Below the pieces are notes generated by a model. It ran no database searches. It saw only the letters and a list, made by a program, of their open reading frames with translations, and was not told the origin of the DNA. DNA of 64,000 nt from Candidatus Krumholzibacteriia bacterium (GTDB lineage: Bacteria; Krumholzibacteriota; Krumholzibacteriia; JACNKJ01), in the NCBI GenBank assembly GCA_030748535.1, contig JASMLU010000001.1, forward strand, positions 151,087-215,086, in the 5' to 3' direction. Position numbers and translations under genes: made by a program. The number at the start of each line of letters is the position of its first letter. Positions within the stretch are counted from its first letter, which is position 1. Of the stretch, positions 42,142 through 51,466 are shown one piece after another.

Positions 42142-44274
42142 TCAGGACTCTTCGTCAGGAGTCTCCGGTTCTTCCGATGACTCTTCCTGAGAAGACTCTG
42201 CTGCTTCCGGCTCGGGATCGGCACTTGCCTCCGGAGCTGCTTCCACTTCGGGAGCCGCCGCTTCCGGCTCGGGATCAGCACTTGCCTCCGGAGCTGCTTC
42301 CGCTTCGGGAGCCGCTGCTTCCGGTTCGGGATCGGCACTTGCCTCCGGAGCTGCTTCCGCTTCGGGGGCCGCCGCTTCCGGCTCATTCAGATCAAGATCA
42401 TCTGACGCCATTTCCTCATCTTCATCGCCCTCCTCCTTGGGAGGAGGTGTGAAGCGAGGTTCCCCAAACTTGTCCATGAATTCCTGGAAGGCTTCCGCCC
42501 CTTCCTCACGGAGACGCTCCGTGACGGAAAGAACGATCCTTCTGCCATCATGGTCAATGTTGATCACCTTCATGGGAAGCTCTTCGCCTTCGGCAAAGTG
42601 CTCGGCAGGGCGCTTGATGCTTCGGTCCCCCAGGTGGCTGACCGGGATGAAGCCTTCAACGCCATCCTCCACTTCCACGACCACGCCTCTTTCCAGAGGG
42701 CGGCAGACCTTCGCCATAAGGAAGGTTCCTTCCGTGTACTTGGCCGTGAGGTCGAACCAGGGGTCCGGAGCCAGCTGCTTGATGCCGAGACTGATCCGCC
42801 GAATGGACTTGTTGATGTCCAGAACGACGACTTCGATTTCCGTCCCCTTCTCGAGAACCTCTTTGGGGTGGCGAACCCGGCGAGTCCAGCTCATGTCACT
42901 AATGTGCACCAGGCCGTCAATTCCCTCTTCCAGTTCCACAAAGGCTCCGAAATTGGTGAGGTTGCGAACCTGTCCGCGCACGATCGAACCAATGGGGTAC
43001 TTCTCATCAAGAGTGTCCCAGGGATCCGGTTCGATTTGCTTGAGACCGAGACTGATCTTCTCGTTATCCTTATCCACTGCAAGGACCACGGCCTCGATGG
43101 CCTCCCCGATTTCTACGATCTTGCTCGGATGCTTCACGTGGCGAGTCCAACTCATCTCACTGATGTGAATCAGGCCTTCGATGCCCTTCTCCAACTCAAT
43201 GAAAGCACCGTAATCGGTGATGGAGACGACCTTGCCCTTGATGCGAGATTCCACCGGATACTTTTCGGCGACATTTTCCCAAGGATAGCCGGTCAACTGC
43301 TTGAGTCCGAGGCTGATCCTCTCACGATCCAGATCGATATCGAGAACCTTGACCTCGATTTCCTCCCCAATGTTCACCAGTTCACTGGGATGGCCACTGC
43401 GCCCCCAACTCATGTCGGTCAGGTGCAGAAGACCATCGATTCCACCAAGGTCGACAAAGGCGCCGAAGTCGGTGATGTTCTTGACCAGACCCTTGCGGAC
43501 CTGCCCCTTTTCCAGTTCCTCGATAAGGGAAGCCTTCAACTTGTTGCGCTCTTCTTCCAGAACGACGCGGCGGCTGACCACGATGTTCCGGCGGCGCTTG
43601 TTCAGCTTGATGATCTTGAACTCGAAGGTCTGCTTGAGCAGGGCTTCGAGATCGGGAACCTGCCGAAGAGCCACCTGACTTCCCGGCAGGAAGGCATCCA
43701 CGCCCATCAGTTTGACGACCAAACCACCCTTGATCCGGCGGTCGATCATCCCTTCCACGATTTCATTGCTGTCGTAGGAGTCCTTGATCTTGTCCCAGAC
43801 CTTCAGGAAATCAGCCTTTTCCTTCGAAAGGACCAGAAGTCCCTGATCATCTTCCAGGCTTTCGAGGAAGACATCGACTTCATCGCCAGCCTGGACGTTC
43901 TCTGCTCCCCCGAACTGGGAAAGCGGAAGGAAACCCTCACTCTTGAAGCCCACATTGATCTGCACTTCACTGTCGCCGACATGGATGATCGTGCCGGAGA
44001 CAATCTGGCCTTCCTTGATATCCTTCAATGTGGATTCATATTCGAGCATCATCTTTTCGAAGTTATCAGGATCCTGCTTCGCATCCTCGCCTATTTCCAG
44101 GCTTTCAATCTCGAAACCAAGACGCTCATTCAGCTTGAGAGCCTTGCTGTCTATATTACTGCCTGCCGTGGCAGTCTCGATGGAAGCGGAGTCCTTGTCA
44201 CCCCCTTCCTGGGCGGATTTTTCGGAAATCGGGTCCATCCCGGTTTCCGCGGGGGTATTACTTTCGAAATCCAT
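42142..44274 (-). CDS. rpsA: 30S ribosomal protein S1 with long acidic repeat tail
   Basis: Six S1 (OB) repeats, e.g. G-x-V-x-x-I-T-D-F-G-A-F-V type blocks. 710 aa including N- and C-terminal acidic extensions. Confidence 0.92.
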   Translation of the reverse strand: MDFESNTPAETGMDPISEKSAQEGGDKDSASIETATAGSNIDSKALKLNERLGFEIESLEIGEDAKQDPDNFEKMMLEYESTLKDIKEGQIVSGTIIHVGDSEVQINVGFKSEGFLPLSQFGGAENVQAGDEVDVFLESLEDDQGLLVLSKEKADFLKVWDKIKDSYDSNEIVEGMIDRRIKGGLVVKLMGVDAFLPGSQVALRQVPDLEALLKQTFEFKIIKLNKRRRNIVVSRRVVLEEERNKLKASLIEELEKGQVRKGLVKNITDFGAFVDLGGIDGLLHLTDMSWGRSGHPSELVNIGEEIEVKVLDIDLDRERISLGLKQLTGYPWENVAEKYPVESRIKGKVVSITDYGAFIELEKGIEGLIHISEMSWTRHVKHPSKIVEIGEAIEAVVLAVDKDNEKISLGLKQIEPDPWDTLDEKYPIGSIVRGQVRNLTNFGAFVELEEGIDGLVHISDMSWTRRVRHPKEVLEKGTEIEVVVLDINKSIRRISLGIKQLAPDPWFDLTAKYTEGTFLMAKVCRPLERGVVVEVEDGVEGFIPVSHLGDRSIKRPAEHFAEGEELPMKVINIDHDGRRIVLSVTERLREEGAEAFQEFMDKFGEPRFTPPPKEEGDEDEEMASDDLDLNEPEAAAPEAEAAPEASADPEPEAAAPEAEAAPEASADPEPEAAAPEVEAAPEASADPEPEAAESSQEESSEEPETPDEES
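42203..42385. repeat. 57-bp tandem repeat, ~3.2 copies, inside the rpsA 3' end
   Basis: Unit gcttccggctcgggatcggcacttgcctccggagctgcttccacttcgggagccgcc at 42203, 42260 and 42317, plus a partial copy. Encodes (PEPEAAAPEAEAAPEASAD)x3. Confidence 0.9.
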
Positions 44275-44339
44275 GAGCGGATCATCCTCCTGAAAAGGTT
44301 ACAGTTACGCCTTCCGGCACGGGGCCGGGAAACGGAATC

Positions 44340-44368
44340 ACATTAGTCCATAAGCCAGCGAAATGCAA
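44340..44368 (-). promoter_or_regulatory. sigma70-type promoter TTGCAT-N17-TAATGT for rpsA
   Basis: Read on the minus strand. ~60-nt 5' UTR with a small GC hairpin and AGGAGG. Confidence 0.5.
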
Positions 44369-44373
44369 GGGGA

Positions 44374-45729
44374 TCAGGGGCCTCCGGCTTCCTCCTGTAG
44401 CTTTGCGATTTCCGCCATTACACCCTCTCCGAAGATCTCGTAAAGCTCGCGTCCCTCAAGGCCGCGATCCCGGAGCGGCTGAATGTGAAGAGGGCGACCG
44501 AGATAGACGTCAATTCGGCGAATTCGGAAAATGGCAGACAACCAGGAGCGGGTGCCCCGAATAAAAACCGGCTGAACGGGACAGGAGGACTCATGGGCAA
44601 CGAGACCCATCCCGAACTTGGCCTTCCCCAAACGTCCCAAGGGTTTACGGGTCCCTTCCGGGAAAAAGAAGACCGTTCCGCCCTCTTCCAAGGCCTCTCG
44701 GAGTTGGTCGAAACATACCCGGTCAAAGGTGCCTCGACTAATTGGAACGGTATTGAAGTAGGCGATAAAGGCTCCAAACAGGCGGTTCCGAAAGAGTTCC
44801 CGCTTGGCAACATAGGTCAACTCCCGCTTGACCGATGGACCGGAGATGGGAGGATCCAGCCAGGCGATGTGATTACAGGCCAGAATCAGCCCCCCCTTCC
44901 TGGGAGCTCGTTCCCGATAGTGGTAGCGTGCCCCGAAAAGACCTCTCGCAAGGAAGTTGACAGTGTGCCAGACAACTCGGTAGATCCATCTCATGGACGG
45001 GATTCGAGGGTTTCTGTCACCCATTGTCTCAGGGTCATAGAGAAGCTCATCCGGGCTAACTCGTAAGGGAGGGGTTTTCTTCAGGGCCAGCCGGGTCACT
45101 TCCTCTATCTGTTGCTCGATGCTCATGAGGGAATTGTCAAGTTCAATGGCATCCTCCGCACGGACAAGGGGAGAGTGCTCTCTCTCGGAGTCGATGCGAT
45201 CCCTGCACTTCAACTCACTTTGCACCTCGTCCACTCCCACCTGGCGCCCCCTCTCCCCGAACTCCTGAGCCCGTCGCTGAGCTCTCACCGCCGGGTCGGA
45301 CTTCAGAAAGATCTTGAGTTCCGCATCCGGGAAAACCACCGTCCCCATGTCCCGACCCTCCGCGACAAGATTCTTGCCTCTCGCATAAGACTGCTGAAGC
45401 TTCACCATGAAGCGGCGAAGGGAGGGAAGGGCACTGTAGGCGCTGACCATGCCGGCGACCTTCTCATCGCGAATCTCTTCACTGATATTCTCGCCGTCCA
45501 GGCGGAGAATCGCTTTCCCTTTGTAATACCGGTATTTCAAATCGAGGGAATCCAGAAAACGAAGCAGCTCTTCTCCCTCTTCCGGAGGAAGATCCGCACG
45601 CATTGCGGCCAGAGTCACACTGCGATAGAGGGATCCTGTATCGAGATAATCGAAACCCAGAGCCCGGGCGACCCCCCTTGCCGTGGTACTTTTTCCACTG
45701 GCGGCGGGACCATCGATCGCAACGATCAT
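44374..45729 (-). CDS. cmk: fusion protein: cytidylate kinase (N) + 1-acyl-sn-glycerol-3-phosphate acyltransferase-like domain (C)
   Basis: N-terminal IDGPAASGKST...DTGSLYR (Cmk). C-terminal NHIAWLD (HX4D) and FPEGTR (LPLAT blocks I and III). Single 451-aa ORF. Confidence 0.85.
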   Translation of the reverse strand: MIVAIDGPAASGKSTTARGVARALGFDYLDTGSLYRSVTLAAMRADLPPEEGEELLRFLDSLDLKYRYYKGKAILRLDGENISEEIRDEKVAGMVSAYSALPSLRRFMVKLQQSYARGKNLVAEGRDMGTVVFPDAELKIFLKSDPAVRAQRRAQEFGERGRQVGVDEVQSELKCRDRIDSEREHSPLVRAEDAIELDNSLMSIEQQIEEVTRLALKKTPPLRVSPDELLYDPETMGDRNPRIPSMRWIYRVVWHTVNFLARGLFGARYHYRERAPRKGGLILACNHIAWLDPPISGPSVKRELTYVAKRELFRNRLFGAFIAYFNTVPISRGTFDRVCFDQLREALEEGGTVFFFPEGTRKPLGRLGKAKFGMGLVAHESSCPVQPVFIRGTRSWLSAIFRIRRIDVYLGRPLHIQPLRDRGLEGRELYEIFGEGVMAEIAKLQEEAGGP

Positions 45730-47039
45730 CTTTCCTCCTCCACTTCCAATGCGCGATTTGTGAACCTGCGGATCAATCCGGGAAACTCGGGAAAGCTGGT
45801 TCTGACTGACTCCACTCCGTGGATCCTGGTCTCGCCCCTTGCAATCAGCGCCATGACCGCAGCCGCCATGGCCATTCTGTGGTCGCCCCCGGAGTCAAAT
45901 TCACAGGCTCGAAGCTGCGAAGAACCTTCAATAAAGAGGCTGTCTCCCTCCACACGAGCCTTCGCGTGGAAGGCCTGAAGCATGGCAAGGGTCTTTTCCA
46001 GACGGTCGCTTTCCTTGAAGCGCAACTCCCCGAGGCCGTGGATTCGGGTTTCCCCCAGGGCACGACTTGCCAGAGCCGCGATCACCGGAACCTCATCAAT
46101 CAGGGAAGGAATCTCACCGGCAGAAATCTCCGTAGCCTTCAGGCTCGAGTGCTGCACAAGAATGTCCGCATAAGGCTCCCCCGCACTTTCACCAGGATGG
46201 TAAAAGGCAAAGTGCCCACCCATCCTTTCCAGAACAGAGAGCATCCCGGTCCGGGTGGGATTTGTACTGATCCCCTTGACCACAATGCTGCCCCCCTCCA
46301 CGAGAGTAGCGGCCGCCGCCAGGAAGGCAAGAGAGGAAAAGTCTCCCGGGATACGGAGGGATACGGAACGAGGGAGTTGGGGCCCTGTAATTCGGATGCG
46401 GTGCTCAGCGTCTCTCTGGAGTTGCACCCCCATCGACTGCAACATCCTCTCGGTGTGATCCCTGCTGAGGACCGGTTCATAAAAGCGGGACTCACCCTCT
46501 GCTCGCATGGCAGCAAGCAGAAAGGCACTCTTCACCTGTGCGCTGGAAACATGGCTCTCATAGACACAGGCTTGAAGAGGTCCCCCACAAATGGAGAAAG
46601 GCGGAGTTCCGGAATCCGGAAGATGAACACGAGCACCCAAGGCTTCCAGAGGCTGCTGTATCCGGACCATGGGACGTTTTCGCAGGGATTCATCCCCGTC
46701 AAGACGGGATTCAAAGGGCTGGCTCGCCAATAGCCCGGCAAGCAGACGGATCGTGGTTCCTGAATTGCCAGCATCGAGGATTTCAGCCGGTGCAAGGAAT
46801 TTCCCGGCACAACCTTCGACCCTCCAGGAATGCTTCTCCTCAAGAGTTTCCATTCGGGCCCCGAGAGATTCCAAAAGGAGGCGGGTTCTCTCGCAGTCTT
46901 CACCGGCATTCACATTCCGGATCTCCGCCACGCCCTCAGCCATCGCATTCAAAAGGTAGGCGCGATGAGTCAGGGACTTGTCTCCACTCGCCTTCCAGCG
47001 CCCACGACACTTCTTCGCCTTGTGCACCCGGTAAAACAA
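45726..47039 (-). CDS. aroA: 3-phosphoshikimate 1-carboxyvinyltransferase
   Basis: GDKSLTHR, AGNSGTTIRLL, DHRMAMA. Confidence 0.92.
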   Translation of the reverse strand: MFYRVHKAKKCRGRWKASGDKSLTHRAYLLNAMAEGVAEIRNVNAGEDCERTRLLLESLGARMETLEEKHSWRVEGCAGKFLAPAEILDAGNSGTTIRLLAGLLASQPFESRLDGDESLRKRPMVRIQQPLEALGARVHLPDSGTPPFSICGGPLQACVYESHVSSAQVKSAFLLAAMRAEGESRFYEPVLSRDHTERMLQSMGVQLQRDAEHRIRITGPQLPRSVSLRIPGDFSSLAFLAAAATLVEGGSIVVKGISTNPTRTGMLSVLERMGGHFAFYHPGESAGEPYADILVQHSSLKATEISAGEIPSLIDEVPVIAALASRALGETRIHGLGELRFKESDRLEKTLAMLQAFHAKARVEGDSLFIEGSSQLRACEFDSGGDHRMAMAAAVMALIARGETRIHGVESVRTSFPEFPGLIRRFTNRALEVEEER

Positions 47040-47040
47040 C

Positions 47041-48156
47041 TCAGCTCCGACTCTTCGTTTGGATCAGTTCCTTCAGGACATGCATAAGGCGGTTGTTTTC
47101 ATATTCCAGGCCGACACTGATTCGAACCGCATTCTCACGGCCTCCAAAAGACTCCATGGGGCGAATGATGACTCCCCGGTCAAGAAGTGACTCGAAGATC
47201 TCTTTCGAGTCCAGGGGGAGAAAAGCGAAGACGAAATTCGTCTGGCTCGGGAGAACTTCGCATCCCATTTCGCAGAACTTCTTCGTGATATAGTCTCTGC
47301 CAAGGCTGTTCTCCTTGCGAATCCACTCCACTCGCTCCTCTTCCTTGAGAGCTGCCATGGCCGCAACCTGAGAAAGGGAATTGACATTAAAAGGAGGACG
47401 GCCCCTCTCCAGAAGATCCACCAGTTTCGGGTGGCTGATGGAATATCCGACACGCAAGCCGGCCAGCGAGTGAATCTTGGAAAAGGTTCGAAGAAGAATC
47501 AGGTTGGGATACTGCTCCAGCCACTCCAGAGTCCTGGGATAATCCTCTGCGTCCACATATTCCACATAGGCTTCATCCACGACCACGAGGACATTCTCCG
47601 GAACCCGGTCAAGAAAGTCCTTTAGCTCACTTTCAGTATTGTAGGTTCCCGTGGGGTTATTCGGATTGCAGACAAAGACCAGCTTCGTGTTTTCATTGAT
47701 GGCCTCTGCCATGGCAGGCAGGTCATGCCTTGAGTTGGCGCCCAGAGGGACAGGAACTCCCGTCCCCAGTGACAACTGGCTCACGATAGAGTAGGCCAAA
47801 AAGGAGGGCACAGCGTAGACGATTTCCTCGCCCTTATTGACAAAGAGCTCGGCAAGGAAATAGAGGATCTCCACCGAACCGTTGGCAATAAAGATTCGCT
47901 CACTGTCCAGGCCCAGATGCTTGGAAAGAGCCTTGTGAAGGTAGTAGGCACTGTCATCAGGGTAGCGGTTGAGTTCGCGAATGGACCGGTCGAGAACCTC
48001 GAGAACCCGTTGCCCCGGCCCATGCGGGTTTTCATTGGAAGCCAACTTGACGACTTCAGCGAGCCCCCGCTCTCTTTGCAATTCTGCCATCGGCTTGCCC
48101 GGGATGTATCGCTTTACATCCAGAACTTCATCGCGTGCGAGATTCTTGAAATCCAT
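47041..48156 (-). CDS. hisC: histidinol-phosphate (aromatic-type) aminotransferase
   Basis: LASNENPHGP, PNNPTG, FSKIHSLAGLRVGY (PLP lysine). Confidence 0.88.
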   Translation of the reverse strand: MDFKNLARDEVLDVKRYIPGKPMAELQRERGLAEVVKLASNENPHGPGQRVLEVLDRSIRELNRYPDDSAYYLHKALSKHLGLDSERIFIANGSVEILYFLAELFVNKGEEIVYAVPSFLAYSIVSQLSLGTGVPVPLGANSRHDLPAMAEAINENTKLVFVCNPNNPTGTYNTESELKDFLDRVPENVLVVVDEAYVEYVDAEDYPRTLEWLEQYPNLILLRTFSKIHSLAGLRVGYSISHPKLVDLLERGRPPFNVNSLSQVAAMAALKEEERVEWIRKENSLGRDYITKKFCEMGCEVLPSQTNFVFAFLPLDSKEIFESLLDRGVIIRPMESFGGRENAVRISVGLEYENNRLMHVLKELIQTKSRS

Positions 48157-48182
48157 GGTCCCTCCCCAATGCTTCGATGAAA

Positions 48183-48905
48183 CTAGCTCAGACCGAGGCG
48201 ATCTTTCAAGCCTGCGATTTCATTGGGACTCAAGGGGCGAATCTCACCTTCGGGGAGGCCTCCGAGCTTCAGGGGCCCCATGGCTACTCTCCTCAAGTCC
48301 ACAACGCGTCGCTGGAGTGACTCAAACATCCTCCGGATCTGTCGCTTCCGGCCTTCCCGCAAAGTTACCTCATAGATGGCACGACCCCTGAGAGCGCGGA
48401 TCTTGCAAGGACTTGTCTGCCCGTCGGAGAGCGTGAGACCCCGCTCGAAACGCTTCATCTGGGTTCGGGTGATGGGGAGATTGATGCGGACTTCGTAGAC
48501 CTTTTCCACCTTGAAACGGGGGTGAAGGAGACGGTAGGAGAGATCGCCGTCGTTGCTGAGGAGAAGAAGGCCGCGGCTTTTCTTGTCGAGCCTTCCCACC
48601 GGGTAAACCCGTTCCTTGACCCCCGCATCACGGGCCAGATCAAGAACATTCTTTCCCCCATGAGGATCCTTGACCGTGGACAGAATTCCAGCCGGCTTGT
48701 TCAGCAAGTAGATTCGGGAGGGTGCCAGGGAAACTCGCATGCCATCAAGCTCAACCCCTGTGCTTGAAACTTCAACCGACATCCCGGGAGTCAAAACGGT
48801 CTCTCCGTCCACCTTGACCCGGCCAGCCTTGATGATCTCGTCACTGGCGCGACGACTGGCGATACCGGCAAGGGCCAGGTAGCGGTTCAGTCGGTAGCGC
48901 TTCAC
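48183..48905 (-). CDS. rluB: RsuA/RluB-family rRNA pseudouridine synthase
   Basis: N-terminal S4 domain (LNRYLALAGIASRR); catalytic GRLDKKSRGLLLL. Confidence 0.85.
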   Translation of the reverse strand: MKRYRLNRYLALAGIASRRASDEIIKAGRVKVDGETVLTPGMSVEVSSTGVELDGMRVSLAPSRIYLLNKPAGILSTVKDPHGGKNVLDLARDAGVKERVYPVGRLDKKSRGLLLLSNDGDLSYRLLHPRFKVEKVYEVRINLPITRTQMKRFERGLTLSDGQTSPCKIRALRGRAIYEVTLREGRKRQIRRMFESLQRRVVDLRRVAMGPLKLGGLPEGEIRPLSPNEIAGLKDRLGLS

Positions 48906-49714
48906 TCCTCCCCCGGTTCCGAAGTCGCGGGAACAGGCTCCGGGTGAAGGGGAATCACTTCTGCTTCCTTTGTCAACACGACATTGGTCTTGCCTTCAAG
49001 AGCGGTTTTCTCATCCTCATAGGCATCCTGAAGAATCCGGTCCATCTCCACGGATTCCTCTTCCTGAGTCTCTTCTACCGGCAACTCGTGCTCCTGATTC
49101 AGAAGAGTCTGGATTTCCTCAATCCCTTCCAGGAACATCTTTCTTCGTTCTTCCGGAAGTGCGGGAGTAGCCAGAAGATCAGCCGGAGGCGTCAGAAGGG
49201 CTTCGATCTCCGCCATGTTGGGAAGATCCCCGAGTTCGTTGATTCCAAGATGGGAGAGGAAGTTCTCGGTCGTGGAATACAAGAGGGGACGCCCCACCGT
49301 CTCTGCGCGCCCCGTGATTTTCAGAAGCTCATGTTCCAGAAGTGTGGAAAGAGATGCACCGGAATTCACTCCCCGGACTTGTTCAATATCGAAACGAGTG
49401 CAGGGCTGCCGATAGGCAATGACCGCCAGGGTCTCCAGAGCAGCACGGGAGAGACGCGACTTCCTTCGCGTGTGCATCATCTTCTCGATGAGCTTCGAGT
49501 ACTCCTTGCGCGTGACAATGCGCCACCCTCCCCCCAGTTCACTCAACTGGAAGGAACGCCCCTCCGAGTCGTAAGACTCTGCAAGCTCGGAAAGCGCTGA
49601 GCGCACCTCCCGCAATCCTGCATAGGGGATGATGGACTTGATTCTCTCTGCGGACAGAGCGTCCGGAGAGGCGAACAGAAGGGCCTCTACGGTCCTCAGT
49701 AAATCCTGACTCAT
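48902..49714 (-). CDS. scpB: segregation and condensation protein B
   Basis: VEALLFAS...LS N-terminus, two winged-helix regions, acidic C-terminal extension. Confidence 0.8.
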   Translation of the reverse strand: MSQDLLRTVEALLFASPDALSAERIKSIIPYAGLREVRSALSELAESYDSEGRSFQLSELGGGWRIVTRKEYSKLIEKMMHTRRKSRLSRAALETLAVIAYRQPCTRFDIEQVRGVNSGASLSTLLEHELLKITGRAETVGRPLLYSTTENFLSHLGINELGDLPNMAEIEALLTPPADLLATPALPEERRKMFLEGIEEIQTLLNQEHELPVEETQEEESVEMDRILQDAYEDEKTALEGKTNVVLTKEAEVIPLHPEPVPATSEPGEE

Positions 49715-49730
49715 TCTCTCACCCTTTCAC

Positions 49731-50474
49731 TCAGGCGCCCGCAGCGCGGGCCATAACTGCCTCCTGTGCAGCCTCTTTTCTCTCAATCCAGATTTCAGCG
49801 AAATGACCCTGCTGAAGTACGCAGATCTCTCCGTCTCTCATCAACTCCAGAATGGCCATGAAGGTTACAATAGCATGGGTCCTTGTCAGGTCTTCCGAAA
49901 AGAGATCCCGGAAACGAAACCGGTCCCCGCTTCTCACCCTTTCGCGAAGCAGATCGCTCTTTTCCTCAATCGTGACCTTTTCCAGTTCTACATGATGTTG
50001 GGCTTCCCTTTCGGACATCTCCCCCATCACATTTCGAAGCGCACGAAGCAGATCCATGGTGTCAAAAGACAGGACACTCTCAGTACTACGAAGGTCCCCC
50101 AGGGGAATGTCCGGGACATAGTCGTGCAGTTGACTTCGATCCTCTGCAAGATCCCGAAGCTGCCCTGCGATTTCCCGGTACTTCTTGTACTCTTCCAGTT
50201 GCTGTACAAGACCCGATCTCGGATCCTCCCCCTCCTCTTCCCCGTGCCGGGGCAGAAGCATACGACTCTTGATTCTCAGAAGGGTGGCCGCCATCAAGAG
50301 GTACTCTCCGGCGCTATCCAATTCCAGAATCCGGTGCTCCTCCAATTGCCCGAGGAACTGCTCCGTAATGTCCGCAATAGGAATCTCCGTAATCTCTATC
50401 TCATTCTTTCGAATCAGATAGAGAAGCAGGTCGAGGGGACCTTCAAAGAGTTCCAGACGGACAGAATAGGACAT
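49731..50474 (-). CDS. scpA: segregation and condensation protein A (kleisin)
   Basis: LELFEGPLDLLLYLIRKNEI. Start set at ATG 50474 (MSYSVRL). Confidence 0.82.
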   Translation of the reverse strand: MSYSVRLELFEGPLDLLLYLIRKNEIEITEIPIADITEQFLGQLEEHRILELDSAGEYLLMAATLLRIKSRMLLPRHGEEEGEDPRSGLVQQLEEYKKYREIAGQLRDLAEDRSQLHDYVPDIPLGDLRSTESVLSFDTMDLLRALRNVMGEMSEREAQHHVELEKVTIEEKSDLLRERVRSGDRFRFRDLFSEDLTRTHAIVTFMAILELMRDGEICVLQQGHFAEIWIERKEAAQEAVMARAAGA

Positions 50475-50518
50475 GAACCTTCCAATCGCTTGGCAGACAA
50501 GCAAAAAGAGCATTCTGT

Positions 50519-51466
50519 TCAGGTTTCGTCAAAGGATTTCTCCCGGTCCGGGTGCAATTCCTCGCTTTTTTCACTGAAATCTCCCGCCCGGGGATGAAAA
50601 CTGCGGTGAACTTCCCGAAGGTAGATTCTGTCCACCTGAGTGTAGATCTGTGTCGTTGCAATGGATGCATGACCCAGCATTTCCTGCACGGAGCGCAGAT
50701 CGGCGCCTCCCTCCAGCAGGTGAGTCGCAAAGGAGTGTCGCAGACTGTGGGGACGCACTCTCGTCCCGAGTCCCGCCTCCCGGGAGATCTCCTTGAGGAT
50801 CTTCCACCAGCCCACGCGGCTGAGCGTAGAGCCGCGATAATTGAGAAAGACCCGGGGCGGGGAATCCGGTTTTGCAAGCTGGGGTCTCTCCTTCTTCAGA
50901 TAATTCTCCAGTGAAATGCGGGCCATGCGACCGAGAGGTAGCCAGCGTTGCTTGCTCCCCTTTCCGGTTACTCTCAGGAGATCTTCTTCCAGAAAGAGAT
51001 CCGCAAGAGGGAGGTCCACGGTTTCACTGGCACGTAAACCCGCTCCGTAGGCAAGTTCCAGAAGAGCCGCATTCCGAAGAGGAAAACTCCGGGACCTTCC
51101 GGCCACGTCAATCAGGGTTTCTATCTCCCCGGGCTGCAGAACATCGGGAAGAGTGGCGGGCAGTCTGGGAGAGTCGATCCAGTCCACGGGCGAGTCTTTT
51201 CGCTCTCCTTCCCGCAACAGAAAGCGAAAGAAACTGCGCCAGGAGCTCAGGAGACGGGCGCGACTTCGAGCCTTCAGGCCGCGCTTGTCCGCTTCCGACA
51301 GTGCCTCGCGAAGTTCCTCCGGTCCGATTTCCAGAGGGCTCGGGGAATGAGGTGCCAGAAGTTCCAGATCCCTGCGATAGGCCTCCAGAGTATGAGAGGA
51401 TAGATTCCGCTCTACCAGGAGCATGTCCATCCATGCGTCACAGAATCGAAGCCACTCAGGTTTCAT
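50519..51466 (-). CDS. xerD: tyrosine recombinase XerD-like
   Basis: RHSFATHLL, LGHASIATTQIYTQV, HPRA tail. The XerC versus XerD label rests on neighbourhood (scpAB side) only. Confidence 0.75.
   Translation of the reverse strand: MKPEWLRFCDAWMDMLLVERNLSSHTLEAYRRDLELLAPHSPSPLEIGPEELREALSEADKRGLKARSRARLLSSWRSFFRFLLREGERKDSPVDWIDSPRLPATLPDVLQPGEIETLIDVAGRSRSFPLRNAALLELAYGAGLRASETVDLPLADLFLEEDLLRVTGKGSKQRWLPLGRMARISLENYLKKERPQLAKPDSPPRVFLNYRGSTLSRVGWWKILKEISREAGLGTRVRPHSLRHSFATHLLEGGADLRSVQEMLGHASIATTQIYTQVDRIYLREVHRSFHPRAGDFSEKSEELHPDREKSFDET

Noticed and set aside
42075-42452. ORFs encoding KRKQLRRQVPIP-type and LPPELLPLREP-type repeats.
   Set aside because: They are off-frame and antisense translations of the 57-bp tandem repeat inside rpsA.
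42550-44346. 598-aa ORF on the plus strand.
   Set aside because: It is antisense to rpsA, whose six S1 repeats are unmistakable. No recognisable motifs.
51028-51033. TGGCAC hexamers as possible sigma-54 -24 elements. Another lies at 20441-20446, and a reverse-strand one near 32600.
   Set aside because: None has a TTGC element at the required 5-nt spacing. One lies inside a tRNA and the others inside coding regions. No sigma-54 promoter is supported in the window.
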